In this document: positions 36,201 to 51,200 of the stretch, piece after piece
Layout of the letters: every line of letters begins with the position of its first letter
How positions within the stretch are numbered: position 1 is the first letter of the stretch
Source: Hormiphora californensis
Taxonomy: Eukaryota > Animalia > Ctenophora
NCBI GenBank assembly: GCA_020137815.1
Contig: CM035351.1
Location: 2,728,001-2,792,000, forward strand
Direction: 5' to 3'
Length of the DNA: 64,000 nt
Position numbers and translations under genes: made by a program
The notes under the pieces: model-generated
Seen by the model: the letters and a program-made list of their open reading frames with translations, nothing else
Told to the model about the DNA's origin: nothing
Databases searched by the model: none

Positions 36201-39200
36201 GTTTTGTTTCCACTGTCTCACCCAACACTAACCCGCCTACTAGGAACATTTACTGGACTGAGGACGGGACGAGGATGTACAAGGGCGACCCTGACAAGAG
36301 CACCAAGTCCCAAGTTGCCAGCTACAGCGGCACCCCCGGTCCCATGGCCTTCTGCCGGATGTCCAAGCGGCTCTACTTTGTTGATGGAATGGTTGTGAAG
36401 TACCTAATGGATGGTGATGTCCAAGAGACAAGTCTACAGACTGATAAGATGTCCATCACCTCTCTGAAGGTGGTTCCAAACTACCTTCTATACACACTCA
36501 AGGGCGAGACAATGATCAGACAGTTCAACCCAAGGACGGGTCAGCGGTCTCTCTTCATGATGGAGACTCCCGCACAGGTGGCAGCAGTTTACCCCATCAA
36601 ACAGGCCCCTGAAGGTAAAAGTTTGATGTTCTCCATGATATTTTTATTTTGTCATTATCTAACTAACAAGGCCTGAATATATATTGCCGCTGGAGACACT
36701 GATAGTTCGAAGAAGCCAATATATCTAACACTCTATTATATCCCTGTTCAGCCCGTGAAAGAGTTGTATACTCGCTCTATCCTGACGGAGCGGTGATTGA
36801 GACTGACCAGAGTACGGGACGAAGTGAGACGATCCCACTGACGAGAGAGCCCGTCCAGGCTGCCTGTGATGGATCCAGAGCGGGGTATCCTCTTCCTGGC
36901 CACACCCACGGGTATCCGCCGATACGAAAACATACAGCAAGGTGAGAGGAGCCCTGCACTGGGTAAACAAACATGCATTCAATAGATCATCATGTTAGTG
37001 ATAGCCAAAGAAACAAAACAATGGTTAAATAGATCAGGATTTATAGATACTATTTAGATCTGGATCTTTGCTTTTTGAAGGAGCAGAAAAATAATATATG
37101 ATGTTTCATACAAATTCATTCCATACCCTTCTTCCTTTCAGGTGCCCGGGGACAACGAATTTCCACTGTTGGAACAGTCGGAGGGCTCGCTCTACGCTTC
37201 AACCGTCTCTACTACACTGACACCTATGGGGGCACGGTCAATGTCATGAACTACGCTGGTAACGATCATCGAGTCCTGGCTGACTCCCTGGAGGCACCTG
37301 GAGCAGTTGCTGTCAGCAGTGGGGGCATTTACTTCATCCACTCTTCCTATCCCCGACAAATCAGCAGGGTAACAGGATCAGATAACGAGGTGGTTGATGT
37401 GGTCTCAACAGAGAGTGATCCTCTGACCCTCCTGGTGCAACCCTACTCTGAAGATGTGTACTACACGGATAACGAGAATACTCAGATTAAACGCCTGCCC
37501 AGTGGTTCTGATGTGCCGGAGGTAGTCTTTACACAGAACGAGGGAGTGGCAGGATTAACCCTGGGACCCAGGAACACCCTTGTGTTTGGTAGCGGCAAGA
37601 ATGGTCCAGTGCGGAGTTACAGTGGTATCTCTAAACAGGTGTTCTCCCTTCCCCAGCAACACCCCAGAACATGGCCTCTTGCTGCTGGATACAGGCCAAA
37701 CAACCGTAAGTTGTTTTGAAAAACACTTTTTTTTCATGTTTTGAAAAACACTTTACTTGGCCTGCCAATAAGAATGGGTGATTATATGGTCTTATTTTAA
37801 ATAAGAATATATATAGCATGGCCTTATTCCTCAAAAGCAATACAAATAATAATTTCATACACAACTTATTACTATACGTCATCCTTTATCCCACAGGTCA
37901 GACCCAGTTCTACATGTTCCAAGATGGAGATGATATCGTGAAACAGGCTATCGCTGCTCCCTACCTAACCCAGAGGATCTCCCGACCAAACACCGCCATG
38001 ATACGCATGGATTCCCTCAGTGGAACCCTTTACAGACTGGACTCCTCCCGAACCACCATCCTTGCAGAACCAGCCGAGTTGGACGGCGAATCATCCGTTG
38101 CCCTGGTTGAGGTTAGAGCTGCAGGAGGGATCACTGATTTCCAGGTTGATGGATGGAACGGTAGGATCTACTGGATCGATTCGAGCACCAACCAAATCCA
38201 TTTCAAATCTCTGGGAGGAACAAACTCCGCCTCAGTCCTCTACCGGGGTCTCAGATCACCAAACAAAATGGCCCTGGCCCTCGACACACGTCAGGTGTTT
38301 TGGTCAGGGGGCGACCAGATCTTCCAGGGTGCTCTCGATGAAAAGTTGTACGTGACCCTGCCTGAGAAACTGACCGGTACACCTACCTCCATGGAATATG
38401 ACCCTGTGAGCCAGCGGTTGTTCCTGGTGTTGCCACGAGATGGGGCTACCGGTAGTAAGGTGATAGCGGTTGATGTAGCGAACAAGGAACAGACTGAGAT
38501 CTTTGTTCATCCCCATGCTATTACCGACTTTGCACCCCTGACAAGGAGCACCTTCCTGTTCTCGGATAAGGAGGTCAGTGCAGACACGTGTTAACTGTTT
38601 GTACTGTATTTGTTGTAGGGTGAAAACTCACTATTTGGACTCGGTGTTAGTACAATCTTTCTCTAAACTTAACCAGAAGCAACCTGATTCTAAACATTTA
38701 TTACAGGGCGTCAAGTCGCTGAACGTTGAAACTGGAGAAGTCTTCCTCAAGAGGTCTGGCATTGCTCCTACCGGGTTCGCACGATATCTACCCAACCAGA
38801 ATAGACGAAACGGTAATATTAGTCACTCGACTAGTTACAGCGCCTTTAAATTGATGTCACCAGCAGCATCTCTTAACAAATCAAAATATTAAAACCCCTT
38901 CTTTCTGTTCAGACAAGTTCCCAACGTATGTTGTCTACACCCTCCCTGAGGAAGTGGTTATCCAGAACACTGCCAACAAACTTGATAGGACCATCATGTC
39001 CAGGGACGGGGTGTCTCTTGTCTCCCCCGACCCCATCACAAAGACTCTGTACTACATCAAGAGAACGAACGGCATCAACGCCATTCATAGAGATCAGGAC
39101 GGTACGTCTGTAGTTTCTGAAAAGATCTCATCTGTGATATTATTGTATGTAATGTATAACGCATTATTTATCCCAATTTTAGATAAGCCTCAAGCTCTCG

Positions 39201-42200
39201 TTCGCTCGAGTTGACGAAAGGACAAGCGGGCTAAGTTATGATCCTGTGTATGGTCGAGTCTACTGGAGCTGAGCCAAATAAGAGGCAGAGTATTCTGTAC
39301 ACAGACAGGAACTGCACAAAAACTCAACACACTCTACAAGGGACGAGACCAAGCCCGGAATCTTGTTACTTGTCGAAAATCAGGGTATGATAATCACCAT
39401 TTTCAATGGGCAATGGCCAATTGTAGCCTCATAAAGCAAATAAATTAATCATAAAACGAATATATGATTGTTCCTCAAATAAAATTCCCCTCAGGAAACT
39501 GTACTGGATAGAGGATGACAACATGTTGATGGAAGGCACCCCTGAGGGCAAGGACCCCACCATTCTCGCCCAGCTTCCCTTCCAAGTCAGCAGGAAGAAC
39601 CCCCTTATCCTAACCCCTCAGGGCATCCTCGTGGTAGATTCGGGCAACACCAAGGTCTACAGAATCTCCATGGACGGTACTGTTACTCCCCTTTCTCTTG
39701 AGGATAAGAACATAGAAGATCTGAAGGTGCTAGATGGAACCTACTACTACCTCTCCAGAGATCAGGAGAATCAGGATAGGAAACCTTCTTTGAAGATGTA
39801 CCAGGTAAAGCCTTTAGCCTTGATCGAGGCTGTTCCAGCCCCGTAAGAGGCTAAGATAAACGGATGTAACAATGTAACACAAGCGGCTTCTAGAGGTCAA
39901 GTCTTGCTAAAGTGCAGTGGTACCTCTGTTAATATAACAGTCCCGTGTCGGTTCCTCCACTAACAGCCAATAACACAATTCCCCCTAACCAGGCACCCAA
40001 CCAAAGACTAGAAATGCAGCGGTTACCCAGTGATGTAACCCGGGTTACCATGCTACGTGGCGGTCCAGCCCTACAGGCCCGGCCAGAGGAAGAGACCCTC
40101 AGTCTCATGGCCACCCCTCAGGGTATTATCCTGTTCGATGGAGAGAGGGAACGACAACGAATCTCTCGACCTGGCGTCCAGGGGTGAGTCAACGATAAAT
40201 AACTTGTAGGTAGCTTTTGGTATAACTGACAGTGAGTCAGAGACGTACGATGTAATCTTTTAACTTGAACTAAAAATCTTCGCTAGGTTGGTGATGCTAC
40301 CTCGGAAGCTTTACTATCTCTCACCTGACCGAGTATCCCTGATCTCTGAGCCCAGCTACGTAGGTCCTTCCGGCCGTCTAGTAGAGGCTGGATCACCTGT
40401 CACTGTAGCTAAGGTCCCCTCTCCAACGATCCATATCAGCCTACACAGTGGAACCATCTACCGACACCGTATTCTGGGTGGACAACACAGGGAGAGTGGA
40501 ACGACTCAGTCCCAGCGGGGACAGGACCGTTCTGGCGGAGGCTGGACCAGGTATAACCAGTCTGGCAGTTGTGGACGGCAGGCTCTACTGGAGGACCGGA
40601 ACTGTTCTGGCTAGCGTCCCTGTTGAAGGAGGGAGCGAGGTTGAGAGGCAGCCCATGAGACAAGGTTGATGGTGGTGCCCAGCCGGTGTTGTTATGGCCC
40701 ACTGAGACAAACCAACTGATGGGGGTTGATAAGGATGGTAACAAGTGGGAGCTGACTGATGTCCCTGTTCAGCGAGTCTGGAGACAGGGACCTAACCTTG
40801 TCTACTTTACCACCCCATGAAAACACTGTAAGTTGTATAAATCTTTCTTCATGTAACCTAGTTTCCTAAGCTACAGTTTTTGCTATTTTAATTGTCGGCA
40901 CGATATGTCTTACCACTTTCCTCGCTCAATAAAAGATCAGCATGATGCCTGACAACCCTCATCTCTACCAGGTTATGAGGATAGACCTTACCCAGAGGAG
41001 ACTCCCAGTTGCCCTGGTACAGGCTCGACAACCAATCCAAGGGTTCCAGACTACCAGTCAGTTGCGACCTGAGAGGAAGGCTCCTGGATTGGTGTACATG
41101 GTGCAACCCGGGAGGGTGGCCACTGTGCCCCTGAAGGACCCAACTAGGACACCTGGTATGTTGTTACCTAGAACCGAAAATACTGTAATTAGTTGAGGTG
41201 TAAAGTCAAAACTGTAAAAAATCGGTTAAGAGGCACTGTTTACATGATAAAAACTTTACAATTGATCAATTCCCCTCTTCCTTCCAATTCAGAATACATG
41301 GACAGACCAGATGGTCGGAACTTTGTGGTTGATCCCCGAACCAACATGGTCTACTACTTCGCTCGGGCTCCCAGTGGCACCGGATTCCGACTCAGACAGG
41401 AACCCATCAACCCGGGTACCCCTGACAGATCCATCCCCCTGGGGGTGAATGTAGCAGACCCGAGTGGGCTGGTGTACCAAGATGCAACACTCTACTGGAC
41501 AGATGCACAGGAGGGAACCCTGAACAGTCTTTACCTTGGTCCCGGAGAGAAACCCAAAGTGTTGTTGGTGGACAGGGTCGTACCGAGAGATCTTACTCTC
41601 AGCGGTAAGTTAGGATTGAAAATATACCTCTTGGTGTACTATTCCGGTTGATATACATAGTGTAGAAGTGTAACCCTGATCGTGTTCAATTCTTTACGTT
41701 GGTGCATGGTTTTTCTCATTCCTTACTTGAATTTATCATCATTCCTGCAGACGGTAAAATAATTTGGGCTGAGAGTGAGGGACCATACTTCTCCCTGTTT
41801 GAGCTTCAGGGCGGCAGAAATGCAGCCCGACTAACCGGCTACCCCGAGATCCGACCTACTAAAGTGTTTGGCACTGATCCCGAAGGCATGATTTACGTTG
41901 GACAGGGACCCCGACTTGTCCGGGTCCGTCCTGGACAGAAGAAAGAGACAGTCCTGTCGGAGACGGAGCCGATTGAGGCAATCAATGTGCTACCCAGTCG
42001 GGTCTTCTACAGTACCCCAACACGGCTTATGATGTACACTCCCCGCACCGGACAGAGCATGGAACTGAGGCCTACCAGCAGACCAATCAGCACCATGTAC
42101 CCCTACAATATCCGTGAGTGAAAAGAAAAAAATCAAATTCTCAATTTTCAAACGTGGTATCAAGAAATGAAGTCAATGATTTCGCTCCAATGAAGTAATA

Positions 42201-45200
42201 ACTATTTTGTTTCCCACCTGTAAAGCTGAAGACAAAGAGACACTGCCTGATGGAGATGGGTATGAGGGAGAAGGACAGAGCAGGAGTGCCCAGTACAAAC
42301 CGGGTGAGAGGGCTCCTGAGCGGCTTCGACCAAGCAGATATCTTGTTTTCCCCGAAGGTAAAATATTTTAGACAAATCCGTAGGAAATTGGAGGAAACCG
42401 TGTTCAAGCTGTTTCCCTTGTCTAGTTCAAACTTAAAACCCTAAAAGTATGACCAATACAATTCACACATCTTCAGGTGGAAGAATTACTCGTTTGGATA
42501 TGTATGCCCCAGAAAATGAGAAGGTTTCCATTCCCCGGCCGGGTATTTCTTCATTCACTGTGGAACCCCAGAGCCTGATGATGTACTATACACGGGGAAA
42601 TGATGTTCTCAGAGAACCCGTTTCCTTCACCCCGGAGTCAAGTAAGTATTTTGAAGTTTCTTTGAACTTTGAAATTCTTTTTAGTCTTCCCCGTACTAAC
42701 AATTGTCACTCTCTGTACACACTATGTGAGATGTATGTGTGAGATATTAAACCAAGTTTTACACTTCAGAACCCCTCACCATTGCGACTCTACCTCGGCG
42801 AGCTACCAGTGTGGCAGCCAGCCCTGACGGCACCCTCTATCTGGCAGACCAATCCACCATCTACAAACTGAGCCCCGGTTCAGCCCCCTCGCCCCTCCTC
42901 ACAGACCTGGACAACCCTAGGAAACTACACTATGTGCCAGGTGCACTTGTCTGGATGGAAGGAGAGAGGCTGAGGAGGATGCCCCTGGATACCCTCGCTC
43001 CCGAGGAACTCCAAACACTTCCCGCCCGAATTGGAAACATGGCCCTGACCTCGCCTGACTTCGTCTTTTATACCAGTGAAGAGGGACTTGGATCCCCCTC
43101 ACAGCCCCTGGATGGAGCTAGGGGAGCCGAGAGGGTCGAACCCACCTCACCCCTTGCCACAACCCCAAGATCTGTTGTGTACGCGAGCGATGGAGTCCTG
43201 TACGAGTGGACTCCTCAGACACAGAAACTGGTCAGAATCATGGACTTCCCTTACTCAACATCCGGCCTCCAAGTTGTGCCATTCGGTAAGGAATATATAT
43301 GATAATTTGCCTGTTTCGCTGTAGTACGAGGTCTTCCCTAGACATCGTCTTCACCATCAACTTATCGCCCACATGCCCCCATAAATGTTGTCTAACCTCT
43401 CCTCTCAGATCCAGTACGAAGGTCAGCTCAGCCATGTTCCATGGCTGCTACTCTCTATGGAGGAGTATCTCGATCCACCCCGAGATGTGACCCAGGTGGC
43501 CGGTTCAAGCCCCGTCAGTGCCTCGGTGGCAATGATGAATGTGAATGTGTGAATGGAATGGGAGAGGTTGTCCAGGGAGACACCAAAAACTGCCCTGGTG
43601 AGTTACATCAATTCAATTCAATTCAATTCAATTCAATTCAATTCAATTCAATTCAATTCAATTCAATTCAATTCAATTCAATTCAATTCAATTCAATTCA
43701 AATCAAATCAATTCAATTCAATTCAATTCAATTCAATTCAATTCAATTCAATTCAATTCAAACACCGCTCGGTGGCGGGGCACCTGCTTTCGATGATTAG
43801 TATCATGATCTGAGGTTTATAAGTTATTTGCCCCTGAATCAGAAGAATGGCCTTGCTTCCCATCACCACTTAATTTCGTTTCAGAGCTACCGGAAGCCCT
43901 AAATAGGACGGTCTACATGGTTGGTGTAACTGGAAACACTCTAATCCGGGAGGCCCTGCCTGATCCTACCGACAGGACAGAGACAGATCTTGGTTTTACT
44001 CCGAATGACGTCATCGTGGATTCCCCCACCCGGATGATATACCTAGTCGGACCGAATAGGAGGGCCCTCTACAGGATGCCCCTGGCATTCGACCACCCCG
44101 AAGTTAAGGAGCTAGGACCTCAGCAGTTCGCTGGCGGACTCCCCCGAATGGGTCCAGTGGCAGTCAGTGGACCTGACAGGCTTGTGTTCTACGTTGACCC
44201 AGCTAGGAGGACCCTGAACATGTTCACTATTGATAAGCCGGATGAAAGGAAGGAGCTGAGGAGCGGATTCGATCCTGAATACATGACCATCATTGACAAG
44301 TATGTAGTTCATTCTGAATACATGACCATCATTGACAAGTATGTAGTTCATTCTGAATACATGACCATCATTGACAAGTATGTAGTTCATCCTGAATACA
44401 TGACCATCATTGACAAGTATGTAGTTCATCCTGAATACATGACCATCATTGACAAGTATACAAGGGACAGGAATCGAACATTCCTGAGTAGAGAAATCAA
44501 TAAATCATTATCATAATATCATCATTCCTTTTCAGCCCTCCCTAATTTTAACACCATAATCTTTACAGTAAGTTGATCTACACGAGTGGTCGGGCTCTCT
44601 ACTCTCTCCCTCTTGAGGATCCCTCTGGGACACCCCGAATGATGGCCTCCCTGCCTGGCACACCTAACAGGGTCACCTGGGATCCAATCAGAAGGCAGTA
44701 CGTCATCGGAACACCCGTGGGTGTTTACACTCTGGCTCCTGGTGAAAACCAACAACCCGAAAGGTTAGTATACATTAGCACTATGCACATTCAGACACAA
44801 TTAAATTACTACGACAGTATACAGGCTTATACGGGTCGGGACCCGATAAAATTCTCGTTTTAACTTCCTATTTCTCTCTCTCACCAGGCTGCTAGAACAG
44901 CCAGTACAGGACGCTCAGTATGGTGGATCTAGGATACTCCTCCGCCGACCTGGTTCCTCATCCCCTCCCCAGATTCTAAATCTCCTCACAGGGGAACAGA
45001 AAGATGTACCCCGGCATGGTCTCGCCCTCCTGGACACCACCTCTCCCTCCCGACGAGATGGGGTCTGTGGAATGATAGCGGAGGCTTCCAATTCCCCGGC
45101 GTACATCGAGGAAATGGGCGGTAGCACCTGGATGCTTGGTCGTCACATTCCCAAGTGTGACAGAGAGGGTAACTTTATGCCCCGACAGTGCCAGGAGGCG

Positions 45201-48200
45201 GTGTGTCTGTGTGTGGAGAAGGATGGACGACCCATTCCTGGTACCGATCACCCCGTGGGCACCTACAGAGAATGTGCGGAGCCACCCAAGGGTGCAACCA
45301 CCCGACCTGCCCTCAGACCAGGAACTAGGTACCTCGTTTCAGCTACCGGAGATGTTCTCTCACGGGTACCCGTGCAGAGGAAGCGAGGTGGCATGCCTGA
45401 GAGGGAGGAAATAAGACGGGGAGGTCTTGAAAACCTGATCACAACTCCGACTACAATTTACTACACCATTGGGGATGAGATCTTTAGCGAACCACTTAAC
45501 TTTGTTCCCAGCCGTCAGAGGGAGTTAAAACCCATCGCAAAAGCACTTGGAGATATTGGAGGGTTGGCGTGGGAACCTACAACACGTACCCTTTATTACA
45601 CCGTCCCTGAGCGGGGCACTATTGAAGCTCTGGACCCCATGTCTGCTGATGGGCTTCCTCGGTCCGTTGCCTCTCAGCGACCTGCTCCTAGAGCCATAAT
45701 GGTGACTCCAACCCGGCAGTTGGTGTGGCAGGAGGATGGCAAGATGGTAGCGGGTCAGTTGGGTGAGCCAACGGAGGTAAACAACCCCCGGGAAGTTACC
45801 ATGGCAACACCTGCACAGAAACTAGTTTGGTTGCCTAAAACTGGAGTGGTCTTCATGGACAAGGTAGGAACTTCTTGTTTTTATTGTTATTTCATGTCCT
45901 TCACTTTACAACGACTCCACCCTACCGACCCCTTCACATGCAGGAGGGTATGGTAAAGAGCATGGACCTGACGACTGGTAGATCCCGATCTGTCCTTCCC
46001 ATGAGAGTCCTGGATGTTGCCCCTAACAACGGGATGCTGTACTACGTTCCCCAGACAACCCCGGCCACCGTCATGGTACTCAATGGAACTGAACAGAAAC
46101 CTGCCCGGAAAATGGACATGCCAATTAGGACACTCGCCATCTCGAAAACTGGTACATTAGCACATGCACCTACTGCATTCTTGTAGTAATGACATGGTTA
46201 CCATGGTAACCTAGATTCCTGTCAAGAAGGAATATTAATCCATCAAAATTACACCTGCTAGGTGATAGTGAGAGTGCTGCAGAGGACCGCTATGTACAGT
46301 ATGTGGCTGGTACAGAGGTATTCAGAGAGAAACCTGGTACTGACATCTCCACATCCATCGACAGGTTATATTGCCAAAATTGTTACCATAACAATAGCAT
46401 AATATTTAACTGATAAATTTTTCCCGAATCGCAAAATCTAAGCGAGAAAATTTTTCGCTGAGAAGATGCCACACGACTCAAATACTACGACACACAATGA
46501 TACCTGAAATAATCGCAGGCCTGGCGTAGAGCACATGATAATGGTTCCCAAGTACAACTACCTGATCTACACCCAGTCCCGATCTCGTATCGTCCGGGAA
46601 CAAATCGGTGTCCCGCCACCTGTTACTGTTCTTAACAATCTCGTAAGTCATGTCCCGCCCCCTGTTACTGTTCTTAACAATCTCGTAAGTCATTTATGGG
46701 ATATATGCAGATGTCAGACATCGCACTGACACATGATGATTGTCTGTAATTGTCAGAATTCACACCCCGTCATTAATTCAGGGTAAGGTAGCGGCGTTAG
46801 CGTACGAACCAAAGGAGCAGATCGTGTTCTATCTGGACACGGACCGTGCTGAGATTGGCCGGGTTAACCTCAAGGACAATGAAAAGAGCACCCTCTTTGA
46901 GAACCTGGAGAACCCTGGAACAGTGCTGACCTTTGACCCCGCCAGCCAGAGTGTGTTCTGGGTAGAGGGACGAGGTGAAACTGCCAAACTGAGGGCTGGA
47001 AGATGGGACGGTGGGGGCAAACCCATTACAATGGCAAAGTCTCCCGCTGTGAACGGATTGGAGAAGACAATTGCGTACAATCCATACAACAAGAAAGTGT
47101 ACTACCTCAGGGAAAGGAAGGTTCGTACATTTTGGACATATTTGGACATATTAGACATATACATTCCATTTCATTTATTATTCCAATTATCTTATTGTAC
47201 TCATTCACCAATACTTCCACCTCAGGTCACTGAAGTTGACACACGAACGGGAGCCACCCGACCAATCACCGACGGATCCGATCCGGTCAATTCCATTGCC
47301 ATCGGTCCAACTGGCTCCGTCTACATCGGCCAGACAGATAGGAACGTCTACCTGATCAACCCCAAGACCCTGGCACGAGAATTCGTCATGACAACCAGTC
47401 AGATGCCCGAGAGAATGTCTATCGAGGGCAAGCGCTCACCCTTCAGAAAGACCACCTTGGAGAAGCTTGCACCGGAGAAGAATCCTCTTGAGGACGACGG
47501 GCAGAAGAAACCGGAACCCAAACAGTTCCTGCTGTATGCCACCCCTAATGGTGTGGTTAGGGAGCCACTGGGCAGGCCAGAGGAGGCAAAGTTGGTCAGT
47601 AGAACTCAACCTACCATCATGCTGGACAAGAATACCATCCTGTATCCGAGGAGTGAGAAACAATTAGTACTGGAAAATGTGGAAACTGGAACTGCCTCTG
47701 TTCTTATCAGGTATAACTCATATCTTCCAATGATTTTCCATTGAGATATTTTGATTTATTACGTTCTAACAGCTGATTTTCGAAGGACCTATACGTAACC
47801 ATCCTTCCACCTTCCAATTAGCACACGAGAACCGGTTAAATCCCTCGCATACAACCCTGAGAAGAGGGATGTGTATGTCCTGACCAATAACGGTAATGTC
47901 AACTCAATCTCCCTCGCCTCACCCTCGGAGGTGCCTCTGTTCAGGAACCTCGACTCCCCCGACAAGATGTCCTTCAGTCCTAAACAGCGGTTAGTAATAT
48001 CATGGAATAAATGAGCATAATATTTTAAAAGCCATGTTTCAACTTCTCTAATTCCACCCGCCTCTTCAGAGCCCTGGTATGGACAGAGAGGCCTAACGGG
48101 CAAGTGGTGGTCAAGAAGGGTGACCCTCTGACTAGGAGTGTTGAGGAGATTGCCCGACAGCCTGCAGTCCGAGAAAGTGACAAGAATCTCCAACTCTTGC

Positions 48201-51200
48201 CAACCAATGGCCGGCTAATCTTCCTCCGGTCAGGTGATATCTACAGGATGGATGCAAATGGTGTGACCCGGCCCATCACACAGAGAGGTGACGTGGCTGC
48301 ATTCTCTCCTGATGGAGATAAGATCACCCTGGCAACCAGGGAGGGCCAGCTGATCTCCATGGACCCCAGTAATGGAGAGGAGAAGGAGCTGGGAAGGATG
48401 GGTGAAATCCCTACTTCTCTGTTTGTTCTTCCTCCTCCTAGGCCTGAGTATGTCTACCTTGAATCGGATGGAAACCTTATTCAGGTATGACTTTTTAAGT
48501 ACCCAGATTCACTACACATGAGCTCAGTCCTGCTATATCCCAGTTATAACTCTGTATAATACCTTCTGTCTGACTTGTTCAAACTGTCAGGTCCGGCCTC
48601 CGGCTTCTTTGCGAATGAAAAGAGACTTATTAACAATACAATCTTCAGGTACCCCGAAGCCAGCCTGATGATCGTAAGACGGTTGAAAGGGAAGGAGCAA
48701 CCATGTTCACGGTGGATCCTGTTCGAAAGTTCCTGTACTACTCTGATGGGCAACGAATTATCCGTGAACCTCTCAGTTATCCTGGTTAGTTACCAGGAAC
48801 CGACCGAATCAGGAAATACTGGTCCCTGATTGGCTTATAACCAGTCACGTGACCTAAATAACGACTTCTGATTGGTTGTTTACTTGTTTCGGTCGGTTCC
48901 TGTTAGTTACGACTTACGAATAGTTACCTAGTTAGTTACCATTAGTTACCATCCACGAACTAACAGCCCATCGGTAAATACGAAATATTGGTCGTGTTAT
49001 GGTGTATCCTGAATTTGTTCCATCTCCAGATGCTATCGCGAACTAATCCCATTGGAAAGCATATAAAATACCTAGGGATCATATAATTGTTTTACACGTG
49101 TTTTTTTCCCTCCCCCAGACCAGAAGAAGACCATGTTGGAGGGATCAGGTACTGTGACATCAATCAAAGTGGATCCTAGCACAGGAGACCTGTACTACAC
49201 CACTCCCAACTCCATCGGTAGTGCCACTCAGAACAAAGTACTCTTCTCTACCCTCGATAACCCTCGAAACTTCCAAATTCAGGGCAGGTATGTAAACACA
49301 ATCATCGTGTGGTTGTCTGAAATTTATCTGAGGAAGTTTTGTTTTCTCCTTCTTAATGGACGGTTTCTTATTTTATGTATCACAACGCTAGAATCAACAT
49401 AATACACCCCCCCCCCCTGTTTTCAGGACCATCACGTTCACGGACGGTTCGGGTAAGAACATCGCCGTGAAATCCGCTGACAAGGACAGTAGAACGGAGC
49501 CTGAATCTGTTGTTGAGTACCCGAGTGTCCAAGATACAGACAAGAGCGTGATGTTCAGTCCCCAAACCCGGAAATACTACTTCCTCCGTGGAAGCAGTCT
49601 GCTGGAGTTTGATCCCCGAACCAAGAAGGAGAAGGTGATGAGGTCTCCTGTTATTGGAGCCGCCATGGATCGCCAGGGCAACCTTGTCTTCATCACCTCT
49701 ACCAGGGTGGTTTACAGGATGTCACCTCGGACTGGGGATGTGGAGAGAATCATGAAGTCTCCCATTTATGCCACCACCTTTGTGGGACTGGACTTGCCCA
49801 CTATGGAGCTACCCGCTGAGCCCACTGAGGGAGAGGAGGATGAGGAACAAGGTACAGAGGATATTGGACGAGATGATGATGAGGGACCCGAGGAAATGGA
49901 TAAACCTGATCCCGTTCCTGATCCTGATCAGATCACTGATATCCCTGAAGAGAGGAGGAGGCTGATGTACTACCTGTCTGGAGATAGTGTTGTCATGGTT
50001 ACACCGGAGGGCCGAGAAGCCCCAAAGAGGATCATGGGCGCTACTTTCCCCGTTCTGAGTTCCGATCAGGCTACACTATACTACATTTACAACCGAAACT
50101 ATATCATGAAGCAGCCCATCGGTCCTACTGGCCAGATAACTGATCAACCTTCCTACCTTTACAAGTCACCAACCCCCCTTACATCTCTATCAAGGACCCC
50201 ACGAAAGGGATCCTTGGTCTTTACCACCGAGGATGGTCAGGTGATCTCCCTGGACCCCATCACGAAGGAACAAACTCCCCTGCTCTCCAGACGAAATGTG
50301 CCCACTCTTGCGAGGTTATCACCCGAGGGAGTTCTAACTTGGGTCGAGGATGGAACTAGGGTATACCAACAAACCCCCACATCCCCTGAACCAAGCCAGG
50401 TTGCCATGGCACCCGAGGGAATTACCAGTGTCGCCCCCACACCCAGACGAGTTTTCTACGTTACTGGAGATCAACAGATCAAATCGGTGGATCCCCGAAA
50501 CCCCTCTGAAGTGAAGGACCACCCAACTACACATCCGGTTGAGAGTATTCTACCCACACCTAACGGTATTGTTTATGCCGCTAAGGAGCGACTGGTTCTC
50601 CTGCCACCACGAGGTCGAGAGATCATCTTCCGAAGATTCGAGAAACCCATCACTAGCATCATTCCCAGCCAAGCAGTGATGCAGAGACCGGAGAGGAGAC
50701 GGGTGGTGTATTATACCACTGGAGGTAGGCTTATTAAGCAGGTAGAGGGCAAGGAACCGGAGGATATTTCCAGGAAGACTGCCTCTCTTTACACACCCAG
50801 CACGGTGGATCCTGATACAGTGTTCTATACTGTAATGAACAGGAATGTTGTTAAGGAGGACATACCGAGTGAAGAGAAGAAAACCGTCTTGACAGGTCAG
50901 TACCCTTTTTTAAACCTCATAGATAGAGTTGGAGTATCTGAATTTCTAGAGTAAACTTACGAACTAGCATTTGTTCAACAGCTCTAACCGTCCCTCTCAA
51001 TTATTACAGGTGCTGGCAATATCCAGTCCCTCGTACTGAGCCCTGACTCCAGGAAACTGTACTACACAGACTCTGTACTTGGAGAGATTGGAGTTGTAGA
51101 TGTAACAGAGCGAGAACCGGAGAAGACTGTTCTTTACACCAGGACTAGCCCATCCCAGATCAGCCTTACCCCTCAAGGGTCAGTTAGATGTTTTGTACTT

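Noticed and set aside
43553-43813. NSIQF-repeat ORF
   Set aside because: (ATTCA)n lies inside the intron that starts at 43598.
44272-44459. CRISPR-like array (also the 35-bp repeats at 30881)
   Set aside because: Contiguous tandem repeats with no unique spacers, no cas genes, eukaryotic context.
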